DNA of 64,000 nt from Camelus dromedarius. Its lineage: Eukaryota. The stretch spans positions 6,758,001-6,822,000 of the forward strand of contig NC_087458.1 of NCBI RefSeq assembly GCF_036321535.1, in the 5' to 3' direction. This document shows, one piece after another, positions 1 to 18,747 of this stretch (positions are counted from its first letter, which is position 1; the number at the start of each line of letters is the position of its first letter). The translations under genes and the position numbers were made by a program. Below the pieces are notes generated by a model. The model made no database searches and was not told the origin of the DNA. It saw nothing but the letters and a program-made list of their open reading frames with translations.

Positions 1-137
1 CCCACCTCACTCAACCCCAGTCTTCTTTAAACCTTGCCTCAATCCTAGCATGCCCGTGTCTCTAGCCAAGCCGGGGTCCTCCCAATCCCCAGATCCTGCC
101 TCTTCTCCCACCGCCTGCGCTCCGTTCCCCAACTCAC

Positions 138-2456
138 CGGGTCCCCGCCGGATGCAAACGAGATGGATTGCATGTGGTGGTTGGCGATGATCTGGCAGGG
201 GATAGAAAAGGGAGGGAATGACACGTGTCAGGCAGCCTCAGGGCCCACATGGGCACCCTCCACCACTGGCCCAGGACCCTGGAGTCCCAGTCTCATCCTT
301 TAGGCTTCTCAACCCATGTCCGCCTAATCTCCTCCTCCCCTACTGTTCTGCTCCACCGGAGCCGTCTCTCCTAGTTTTTTGCCCTCATAATCAGGTCCTC
401 GTTTAGCCCTCCCATCAGTATTTCTGGTTGCCCTCCTCTCCGCCCAACCCCACCAACCTGTTTGCAGTCTGCGGCCATGAGGTTGAGGCTGCTGGTGGAG
501 ACGGTGAGAGTGATTGGCATTCCAGCAAATTTCAGGTTACTCCTTCCAAGGATGGAGCTGAGTGGGCGGCTACAGGGCTAGGGAAGGGCCCAAGGGTCTC
601 AGCAGCTAGGGGTTCCCAACACCAGGGAACCCCCACATTCCTGCCTTTTGGCCTTCTCCCCACATGCCCCACACTAGCCTTCCCCAGGCTCCTCCACATC
701 TCCCAGCTGCATCCCTAGCCCCATGGACCCCAGGTACCTTTCTCCTCCTTGTCGCCCCCTTAGCACCCGGCACAGCCTCACACACCAGACTGATGGCCTC
801 CCTGGGGAAAGAGGGGTACTCAGACCCAGAGCCTGCATCCCACTAGGCTGGAGCTGCCACAGGGCTGGGGGAGGGGAAGGCCAGGCCAGACTCCAGGGGC
901 ACTCCANNNNNNNNNNNNNNNNNNNNNNNNNNNNNNNNNNNNNNNNNNNNNNNNNNNNNNNNNNNNNNNNNNNNNNNNNNNNNNNNNNNNNNNNNNNNNN
1001 NNNNNNNNNNNNNNNNNNNNNNNNNNNNNNNNNNNNNNNNNNNNNNAAAGGCAGAGGCAACCTTCTATCTACCCCCATTTTCCACTCAAGCTCCAGCTGC
1101 CGGGTGCCTCTGCCACCTCCCCCACAACTCCCCAGGCTGGATAAGTAAACAGGAGCCAGCCCAGAGTTGTTTCTTTTCATTCAGACTTAGACTCACTCCC
1201 CTAAGTTTCTCTCAACCCCCTTTACCACCCAAAGATAAGCCAGGACTAGCACCACCACCAAATGACCCACTCCTCCTTCCCCTCACTAATCCCAGGGACC
1301 ACCCCCCAACTCCACCCCACTCCCCACTAACCTGGTGACCTGAGTCCGGGTATTGAAGTCAAGGGCACGCATTGACTGCAGGACCTCCACACAGCCCATG
1401 TACTGAGGGGAGGGACGGGAAGAGAAGGGTCAGCCGCCTCCCCGCCACCTTTTCACAGAGGGCCCTAGGACTTTTCCCTACTTGGTCACTAAGGACAGTA
1501 AAGATGAAGAAGTTCTGCCCACTGCCCGGGGCTACATCCCACAACATGCAGGACAACAGGGGATGTGGAGACAAGGGCAAGCTAGGAGGACCTCATACAG
1601 GTGGGAAGAGAATTTGGAGGGGAGCGACAGGCATTGGGTGGGATGAAGTGACATCTCTGGAAAGGGGGAGGAGACTGGAGGGGACAATCAAGAGTCACTC
1701 GTTCCAACACTTACTAAGGGCCTGTGCTGGGCTTTGTGCTAAGCATGGCAGGGTGGGGGTGGGGGAGTCACCAGAAGGAAAGGGGCCCCAGACAGAGCTG
1801 GAAGGGAAGGGGCTACAGAATCCGAGAGGGGGCAAGAGAGGTTGAAGAAAGAGGACACTGAAACCAAGGGAGTCGCTGGGGAAGGGAAGGAAAAAAAAGA
1901 GACGGGTGAGCAGAGGAACTGGAGGGGTCTGGANNNNNNNNNNNNNNNNNNNNNNNNNNNNNNNNNNNNNNNNNNNNNNNNNNNNNNNNNNNNNNNNNNN
2001 NNNNNNNNNNNNNNNNNNNNNNNNNNNNNNNNNNNNNNNNNNNNNNNNNNNNNNNNNNNNNNNNNNNNNNNNNNNNNNNNNNNNNNNNNNNNNNNNNNNN
2101 NNNNNNNNNNNNNNNNNNNNNNNNNNNNNNNNNNNNNNNNNNNNNNNNNNNNNGTCCAGGATGGCTGCCCCAACGATCCCCTCCCCATCCTCGGCTGCCC
2201 TTCCTGGCTCCCCCTTCGGCCCTGGACGCCCCCCAGCCGGGTTGGCCAGCTTGAGGTTGCTCATCCGGGGGAAGAAGGAGCACAGAGTAGTGGGACTGTC
2301 GTCCCCAGGCAGAGGTGGCAGCATGGGCCCCAGGGATGAGGCAGACGGGGAAGGCAGCTCCTCCGGTGGGGTAGACCCTGAAGCCCCCTCCTCCAGCGAT
2401 GACAGAGACTCATTCCGAAGTGGGTTGTACTTGGGCTTGGGGGGCAGGAGATCCAT
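138..2456 (-). CDS. SHC1: SHC adaptor protein 1 (p66Shc isoform), 5' part; gene continues off the left edge
   Basis: ATG at 2456 gives [20 protein letters not shown]...ELPSP, the CH2 region with Ser36. The rest of this exon is in gap 1934-2153 (expected donor ~1962). The small YMGCVEV exon is probably in gap 907-1046. Visible PTB exons have GT-AG ends: 801-738 ([21 protein letters not shown]), 577-458 ([40 protein letters not shown]), 191-138 ([18 protein letters not shown]). Confidence 0.97.
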
Positions 2457-2770
2457 GGCTGGTGGGAGTGAGAGGGAGGCTGCTGCCCAGCCTGGCCCCC
2501 CTGCCAGTTAGGGCAAGGGGGCCAGGCAGGGGGCATCCCCAGGCCCTTAGCCTGATCGGACCTCTATGGCCCAGGGATCTCAAGGGTCCTGGGGAGGGAG
2601 AGGGACAAGTGGCTCTGGCTCCCCCGGCTCAGACCCAGACAGTATCAGGCCCCATCTCCGCCCAGCGTGGAGCCTCTTCTCTGGCTGAGAGGCGAACAGG
2701 CTGGACCTAGAGCTGCCTGGCTCCTCCCCAGGGGCGGGGAACTAAGGAGAGAGACCAATCCTGAGGACAG

Positions 2771-2781
2771 TGCTGACTCAC
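2771..2781 (-). promoter_or_regulatory. ARE/NRF2-MAF-AP1 element in the p66Shc promoter
   Basis: Minus strand reads GTGAGTCAGCA, 315 bp upstream of the p66 ATG. Confidence 0.6.
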
Positions 2782-5599
2782 AGGCTCTGAGGGGCTAAGC
2801 CCCCAACACTGCCCCAACCTAGAACTCTTATGGGGCAGAGCGATCCATTTCCCCCACACCTCCATACAAACAACAAGTAATCTGGGGAGCAGTAAAGTGG
2901 GAGTGGGAGGGAAGGATGGACGAGTGAGAAGGAAAGGAGGGAGATAAGAGGTCTGGATCAATCCAAACCGGACATGGGCAGACCAAAGGGAGCAGGAAGC
3001 TGAGGGGGGTGGGGAATGAGGGAGGAAACAGAGGCAGCTGGGGGTGGGAAAGGGAGGGGATCCCTGAGCTCAGCATTTCCCTTCCAGTCCTGGTTGAACA
3101 CTCAAATTCCCTCATCCTCCAGCCCCAGCCACCCCCACGACTACCACATTGTGGGGTGGTGGCCCCAGGGAGCCTGGGCCATTAGCATCTTCTGCTACAA
3201 CAGCTGTGGAAGGAGCTAAAGAAATGGAAGAGGAAGTATGAAGTCCCAGTGGATGCAGGGAGGGGCCAAAAGGAAGGGCAAAGCTGGTGAAATAAGGGGA
3301 ATAAAGTCCAACCTGGGTGGTGCATCAGGGAGCCACCAGGCAGGAGCTGGAGCAGAGGAGGGGCCGGTGGAGGCTTGCTCTCTATGCATGGCACCTACCA
3401 TGCCAAGCAGCCGCGGCCCATGGCAAGCACTCTTCCGCCCCCTTTTCTACAGTGAAGCAAGCTGTCAAGGGTAGAAGGGGTGGGGGCGGCCAGAGTACTG
3501 ATACTAAGGTCAGCTCCCTGGACCTGCCAGGTAAGCTCATACCCCTCTTCTTGCAGCAGTGACTGGGGACGGTACAGGTGTCCACCATCGAGTACAATGG
3601 CCCTCATACCAGGGGCAGAGTCTGGTTGGAGGAGATGGGAGAGTGAAACAGTTCTCCAAGAGAGGCGGGGGCTACAGTCCATGAAGGAATAGAGGGGGTA
3701 GAAGACAAATCTGTGCTCAAGAAAAAGGGGTGCCAGGAGAAGATGGACTGAGGCTGGAAACAGGGAACAGTCCCAAACCCAGTTCTTCCACTCACAGCTT
3801 CCTGCCACAGCTCTGCTCCAGGGGGTTATAGGGAAGTTAGAAAGTGACCAAAAAATTAGTACTAAAAGACCCATATAACCCTCCAGGGCTCACCTATCCT
3901 TCAATTTACTCAGAGGATAAAAAGATGCAAATATCATGATTACAGTGTTAACAACACTAGCACTTAATCCGTGATAGATACTGTGCTTATCACCTCCCCT
4001 TAGTCCTCAATGGAGGAGAGCTTTGCCACTCCATCCACCACTCCTGGGAAGAAATTCTATCACTCCATGTCCTAAGGCCTCAGTGCCCGGGAATATAGAA
4101 AATGAGATAAGTGTTCTGCCCAAGCCTCAAATCCTCAACACACACAAACACACACCAGGATGTCGTCATCTCTAGAGGTGAGCATTCTGTGGGTGCCTGC
4201 AGGATCCAGAGGCAGGGAAAGACCAAGAGGTGTGGGCTTTGTTAGACAAGAAAGAGGAAGTAGGGCTCTTTAAATTTGCATAGGAAAAGGAGATTGCTAC
4301 TGGGAATCCGGGTGACTGGCGGGCGGGGGGGGGGGGAAGAAGCTGCATGTGGCTTCTCAGCCCAGCAGGGAGGAGGGAAGAGCGGCGGAAAGTAGCAGGA
4401 AATGGCGAAAGCCTCAGGAATGTTTCCAGAAGGGAAGGTTGGGCAAGCGGGACCAGGAGGAATGCCCAGACTAGAACTCTGGTTAGGGGGAGGGGAACAG
4501 CCAGAGAAGAGGTGGGGCCCGAGGAGTCCCTTAAAAAAAATCAGATAGCAGAAAGGACACTGTTCCCTACGCCCCCTCCAAGCGACCGTTTTCTGGTAGT
4601 CGAAAACTTTCACTCCTGTCATACCTACATGTCACCCACCAACAAACCCATGGTCATACCCAGCTCCTGACGTACAGGTATGAGACAAACAGCTGTTTCT
4701 GGGGTGGAGTTGGTCCTGGGAAGGGAAACTCAGGGAGTGGGGCTGGGAATCTATGAGCAAGTCTCCCTCCCACTCTCGTGCCAAACCCCAAGTCCAGCCC
4801 CCTTCAAGTAGGTCCACCCTTGGAAGGGGGTAAGGGAGAGGAAAAGTGCTGCCTCTAATCTCTTACTCCTCAGAGCCACAGAGAGATGTGAATTTTTGAC
4901 TTCCCACCCAGTGGAGCATGAGAGCTCATGAAAACTAAGCAAAAGCCCCCAAAGAAAAAAAGAACAGGGATCTGTAAGCAGGTGGAGTTTCTGGGATAGA
5001 AGGCAAAGCTTCCGGGGCGATGACCGATGACCTGGGTCCTACAGGGATAAAGTTCCTGAGGGGGCGTGGTTCCCTAGGACGCGTGCATCAAACACTAGCT
5101 AGCCTTCGGGACAATCAGACGTGGATTACGGAAGGGGTGGAGCTTCTAGAGGGGCAGTACCCCCTAGGAGGCGTAGCTTCACGAATTCGAATAGTTCTTT
5201 GAGGGGCAGGGCTTTGCCCTTTTGGGAGATAGGCTTTCTGATAGACGGGAGTTAGCAGAGAATCATCGCGACGAGGCGAAGTTTCGGGGAATTGGAGGGA
5301 CTAACGTAGGGTTTCTAGTAGTTGGGCTTGGAAGCATGCCTAGGGGTGGGACTTCCAGGAAAGCTGGGGGACAGGGTGGGGTCGGGGACAATAAATAGAA
5401 AATAAGTCGGGGTTCGGGGAGCCCCTTGAAGTTGAGAGGTGGGACTTCCGGGGAGGGGGTCGCAGGGGGCGGGACTTATAAATGAAGACCGGAAGTAGGG
5501 TCCCGGGAGAGGGGTTCCGGGGTGGAGGAGTGGGTCACCTAGGGAAAAGAAAAAGTCCCAACTCACCAGGGCTTCATGGAGTCTCCGCACCGCACCGCG

Positions 5600-9160
<3,561 letters not shown>

Positions 9161-9595
9161 AGCTAAGGAGCCACTTTTCAGCCTCAAGCTTTACACAGCT
9201 GTTCTCACTTGCTAACATCTTTCCAATGACATTATGTTGCCTTCTCATTTCTCACTTTGATATTTAAAGGATGTTCAATACACTGTTTGAATCTGCTGCT
9301 GACTGTTTTGCTTCTTGAGCAGAGCCAGCGGGACCACCACGCCAGATGAGTGCTCTTTGGGTTGCAGCCTCAGCTAAGTGTGACCCCAAAAACCAACATG
9401 AGCTCTGTCTCCAGTAGAATACGCTTTGCAAATGGTGGAAGCATCTGAGAATAAGACCATGGCTGTTACAGGAATTGTGTAAACTTGCTGTTTTGTTTTT
9501 TTCCTGCCAGCTGTTGTGTGTACGGTGATTTATGTTTCAATGTATTGGAAACTTTCCATTTTATTCAAGAAATCTGTTCCATGTTAAAAGCCTTG

Positions 9596-9601
9596 ATTAA
9601 A
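9596..9601 (+). terminator. CKS1B polyadenylation signal (ATTAAA variant)
   Basis: ATTAAA ~440 nt after the stop, followed by U-rich sequence. Confidence 0.55.
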
Positions 9602-10039
9602 GAGGAAGTTTTTATAATTCTCTTAATTGTAAAGGTTTTTTCCCCCACACAGGGTGAGTATCACATTCAGTATCATGGTTCTAATTGGTTCTAATGCTCT
9701 TCAGTGAAATAATGAAGCTCAGCTCTTTGCTGATAATCAGGTTTATTTCAACATTCAGGTAACGGTTTTAATCTAGTTTAAGCAGACTTTGCTGTCAAAC
9801 ATTTACTGAAATATATTTCATTCTAAATTCAGGCCTAAGATAGTGATTGTACAGGGACATCATCTCATCAAAACAAATCAATGTTTGTCAAGGATGTAGT
9901 CCCAATATTTGAAGGACACAGGTGGGTAATAAGAAGAGGCTGTCGGGAGGAGGCTGCTAGTGTGCTCCACTTCCTGCCCAGCCTAAGGCTCAGGCACACC
10001 TAAAGCCTGTTCACTCCACATATTGGTTGGGGCTGTTTT

Positions 10040-10170
10040 CAGTGGTTCTCACTTTGGCTCAGAATTGGAATCACCTAGGTAGCTTTAAAAGTGCTGATGC
10101 CTAAATCATTCCCAGGGATGTGACTTAATTGGTCTAGGGTGTGGCCTGGATGTGAGGATTTAAAGCAGTC
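10040..10170. mobile_element. MER5-family (hAT-Charlie) fragment
   Basis: Starts with the CAGTGGTTCTCA terminus; continues AGAATTGGAATCACCTAGG...GATGTGACTTAATTGGTCTAGGGTGTGGCCTGG. Confidence 0.6.
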
Positions 10171-10337
10171 TTATGCAGGTAGTTACAGCACTAACCTTTG
10201 AAAACAGTTGTAAACTATGGCCCTTTAAGAAAACATTTCACCAAATAATAGCTTACCCTCTACTTTCAACAGTAGTGCTGAGTAAGGGAGATTAACCTCC
10301 CCACTTCTCCCTGTCTTTCATCCATTTATTCATAGAG

Positions 10338-10517
10338 CAGTAGTTCAAGTGTGGTCCCTAGATTGGAGGCATCAGCTCACCTGGAAGCTCATTAGAAGTG
10401 CACATTCTTGGGCTCCACCCTAGACCTACTGAGTCAAACCCTGAGGGTTGGACCCAGTGACATTTTAACAAGCTCTCTAGGTGATTCTGATGCACACTTA
10501 AGCTTGAGAACCCACTG
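10338..10517. mobile_element. MER5A-like MITE (hAT-Charlie)
   Basis: CAGTAGTT-CAAGTGTGGTCCC...GCATCAGCTCACCTGG...CCACCCTAGACCTACTGAGTCA...GGTGATTCTGATGCACACTTAAGCTTGAGAACCCACTG, with palindromic ends. Confidence 0.8.
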
Positions 10518-10904
10518 TAAAGAATTGGACCAGAGCTGATGGTTTGGTGGGGGGGGGGGTGTCAAATATTACCATTATTACTAATAAAGATAATGTAGCA
10601 TAAGGCTTACGTCATTAGGAAAGCCCGACTTTTTTTTTTTTTTTTTTTTTTAGAGCTGAGTTTGAGTTTCTTTCAATTGGAAAAAACACAGGGCTTATTA
10701 CTTGAGAAGGGTCTAGAAGCCTGACTACCATCCACTCTAGTGTTTTTGTGGTTGCTGTGTGGCACCCTTTCACGTTTCTGAGCTGGTTGCCCATCTGTAA
10801 AATGGGCATCTTATTTATGAGGTTTTTAGGAGAGTAAGATGAGGCCAGGTGCGGTTCAGGAGTCCTCCAAATATATGAATTTTAGAACTTTACATAAAAC
10901 AGTG

Positions 10905-11033
10905 GCATCTGCATGACGTGAGAGCTCGTTAAATGCAGCTCTCAGGCCCCACCCAAATCTGAATCTTGTAGACTTAATCAACATATTAAAGGCCCCCAGA
11001 TGATTCATATGAGCATTAAGGTTTAAGAAGCAC
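10905..11033. mobile_element. MER5-family fragment
   Basis: CTCGTTAAATGCAGCTCTCAGGCCCCACCC...CCCCCAGATGATTCATATGAGCATTAAGGTTTAAGAAGCACT. Confidence 0.5.
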
Positions 11034-11589
11034 TTTTAGACCAAAAGCAAGTGAAATAAGAGGAAGCCAGCATAATATGAGCATCTAAAGTGGACACATG
11101 GTGCCCCCTAGTCACTGCCCTCACTTGTACCTACAAGACCAATTAACTGGGAGAGGTTATGTTTAAAGCACCATCTGAAACAAGGTGGGGCAAGGCTTTT
11201 TCTTATCAAAGAGGCTTAAGTAATTAGCTTTATCGTTTATAACAGAGACAAATGAAAGTTCCACACACCAGAAGCTCACCTCCGGGGTCTTCCTACCTCA
11301 CAGGCAATGCTGACAATTATTCTTGGTGTTCCTCCAACTTCCACCTGCTCCAATATAAAATCCTTTCTTACACCGGTACCAGCCCCTGACCCCTTAGCCT
11401 AGGATGAGTCATGGTTAATGAATAACAGATAGTATATGCATACAAGAATTTGAACACAGAACGGAAGTTAGTCAAGCCTCCCTTTACTTCCAGCATCAGA
11501 TGAGAACACCCCAAAATCCTTGAGACACCTCCAGCCACCACCACCCTCCTTTCACGCCCCAGACTTACCACGTCCTGTCCCGAGAGAAA

Positions 11590-11773
11590 AGCCCCGCCCC
11601 CCGACTAAGGCCCGCCCCCGCGTTTCCGGGTGCGGGGTGACCACGTGGTTGTCGCCAATAACAACCCAGTACTACTCCCGCCCTCTGGCTAAAGCTCGCG
11701 AGCGACGGTGGACGATACCAATGGACCCTTAGAGGTGGTCTGAGCGACAGCCAAAATAACCAATTAATACGAG
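11590..11773 (+). promoter_or_regulatory. FLAD1: FLAD1 CpG promoter and non-coding exon 1
   Basis: Two GC boxes, ETS-like TTTCCGG, E-box CCACGTGG (11641), CCAAT (11655). Donor GAG|GTAGGT at 11773/11774. Mini-uORF ATG GAC CCT TAG at 11721-11732. Confidence 0.7.
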
Positions 11774-11995
11774 GTAGGTGTGAGTCTAAGGCGGGACTCT
11801 TGAGTACGAATGCCGCCCCGAGTAAGGAGGAAGGGAGAGAGGGAAAGACACGGTGAAGGGGCAAAAGAGGCAGGTGAGAATCTGGAAGAGCTCGGTAGTC
11901 TGAAGCGTGGCGGGAAGAGACGGGATTCCGGGCTAGAAAGGGTGTGGAAGCCTGCAGAAGAAGGCGGCTGAATTCTGGCCGGGGTGGAGGGAGGG

Positions 11996-12245
11996 AACGC
12001 ATTTAAAGGGGCCAAGGCCCAGGATAAGGTAGACATTTAAAGGGACAGGTGTCCCTAAGAGAAGAAACATTTAAAGGTGCAGGTGCCCAAGATAGAGCGG
12101 ACCCTAGAGGAGCCGAGCTCGCCGGCCAGAAGACATTTAAAGTGGTAGGTGTTCAGGAGAGAAGGACATTTAAGGAGACTAGAACCAAGCTTAGAAGACA
12201 TTAAAAGAGGTATGGGTTAGGGTTTGAGAACACGTTCGTTAAAGG
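11996..12245 (+). repeat. Degenerate ~33-bp tandem array with core ACATTTAAAG
   Basis: CATT(T/A)AA cores at 12000, 12034, 12068, 12134, 12167 and 12199 (spacing 34, 34, 66, 33, 32). A degenerate unit ACCCTAGAGG sits at 12101. Confidence 0.75.
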
Positions 12246-12478
12246 GGCAGAAATAAAGGAGTCGATTGTCATGGGCCTGATGAGGAAGACTCTGCACTCC
12301 TGCTCTCCCCCATTGTCCTTTCTGGCTCCTCCAGGTTCCCTCGATCCCGGAACCCCTGTTCCCAGGCTATGACCCCCAGTGCCCCATAGACCTGGCGGGC
12401 CCCTCGCGCTTGCGACCCCTATTTGTGGGTCTGGGTTGCTACTGGAGGGCCTTGCAGAGGGGCAGAGAAGGCAGGACC

Positions 12479-17467
<4,989 letters not shown>

Positions 17468-17522
17468 CCTCCCGCCCACTGGAGGAGGGAGGGAAGGGGG
17501 GCGTCCCGCGGTGTAGCCTGTC

Positions 17523-17528
17523 AATAAA
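17523..17528 (+). terminator. FLAD1 polyadenylation signal
   Basis: AATAAA 56 nt after the stop, followed by a GU-rich tract. Confidence 0.8.
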
Positions 17529-17910
17529 CCACCTCTCATATGCCTGTTGCTCTGGCTGTGTCTTCCTGCTTCTGGGGATGGGAGAAGCAGAAGTGGGCCA
17601 GGCCCTGGTAGCTGGGAGCCGGCAGTGCTCACTCTCAGGGGTCAGGGGCACAGGAGGGGAGACAGAGCTCCAGAAAGGAGCTCTCATTGATGATTCTTAG
17701 TGCCAACCTGCACAGTAGCCCACCGGAGGGCAGGAGAAGAGAGTGGTGCCAACCTTTGGGGGAAGGGACAGGCAGGCAGGCAGGGCACACAGGGTTTTGA
17801 GGCGCAGGCTGAAAGAAGGGAAGCTAAGCAGGCCTGGCTGTGGAGGATGAAAGATGGAGTAGCCAGGCCCTCCTCCTCCTGACCCCACCCCCCCCAATCC
17901 CTGAGCACAG

Positions 17911-17925
17911 GGGCTGACTCAGCCC
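17911..17925. promoter_or_regulatory. Palindromic MARE-like (Maf/AP-1) element upstream of LENEP
   Basis: GGGCTGA-C-TCAGCCC is a perfect palindrome ~150 bp before the LENEP ATG. A TATA-like GATAAAAG lies at ~18014. Confidence 0.5.
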
Positions 17926-18065
17926 ATTCTCTGGCCCAGAACCTTCCCTGTGCTAGACCCAGGGGCCTTTGTCCCCACAGTCATGAGGTCTGAAGGGGGT
18001 GGGGACCATGTTGATAAAAGGCACTAAAGACAGCTCCCACACCCTTCCCCAGAGCTGCTACCCGC

Positions 18066-18251
18066 ATGCAGCCCCGGACACAGCCCCTAGCCCAGGCCCT
18101 ACCCTTCTCCCTTGGAGGGGTCCTGCAAGACACTGGACTCCGGGTGCCCATCATAAAGATGGGCACAGGGTGGGAGGGCCTGCAGCGGACCCTGAAGGAA
18201 GTTGTCTACATCCTCCTCTGCTGCTGGTGTATCAAGGAGCTGCTGGATTAA
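18066..18251 (+). CDS. LENEP: Lens epithelial protein (LEP503), 61 aa
   Basis: Single-exon ORF MQPRTQPLAQALPFSLGGVLQDTGLRVPIIKMGTGWEGLQRTLKEVVYILLCCWCIKELLD*, in the syntenic position after FLAD1. Confidence 0.95.
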   Translation: MQPRTQPLAQALPFSLGGVLQDTGLRVPIIKMGTGWEGLQRTLKEVVYILLCCWCIKELLD

Positions 18252-18741
18252 TGGAAGCAGGGACCTGCCTCCTCCCCCTGGGACCAGAGCAGGCATCACT
18301 CAGGTGGGTGGGGTGGGACAAACCCTCGGGAGGCATGACTGCAGCTTCTGTGGTGCAGCCTGCCTCTCAGCTTCCCGTTCTCTTTTTTAGCTCCCGGCCC
18401 AGCCCTCGTGAAGACTCCTGGCACCAGCTGTGCTCGCCCAAGGATGGGCCACGAACAGCAAGTGAAGTGCGATCCTGCTTTGAGTCTGTGCCATCCATCA
18501 GACCTGCCTCATCTCTGGGCATCTCCATTCCCAGCCCCCACCTCTGGTGTACCTATGGTGCACAGGAACCTGGCCTGCTGGCTAGGACCCCAGTCAGACT
18601 GCAGCAGGAACTGGCACTCCTCCAAGCCTGGCACAGTGAGCCCACCTGCCCAGATGGTTTATCTTACCATACTGTCCTTTTAGTACCAGGAATGGGCTGG
18701 GCCCCAGGATCTCTGTTTGAGAATCACTGAACTATATATAC

Positions 18742-18747
18742 AATAAA
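18742..18747 (+). terminator. LENEP polyadenylation signal
   Basis: AATAAA ~490 nt after the stop. Confidence 0.6.

Noticed and set aside
3524-3536. Consensus plus-strand donor CAG|GTAAGC antisense to SHC1
   Set aside because: An isolated motif with no supporting promoter or acceptor; expected by chance at this scale.
11996-12245. Repeat-spacer periodicity resembling a CRISPR array
   Set aside because: Mammalian intron, a short degenerate core, related spacers and no cas genes. Treated as a decayed tandem repeat.
17999-18730. 243-aa ORF overlapping LENEP in another frame
   Set aside because: No recognisable homology. Its ATG (18008) lies upstream of the TATA-like box, so it is probably outside the LENEP mRNA. 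One ORF this long is expected by chance in 64 kb of GC-rich DNA.
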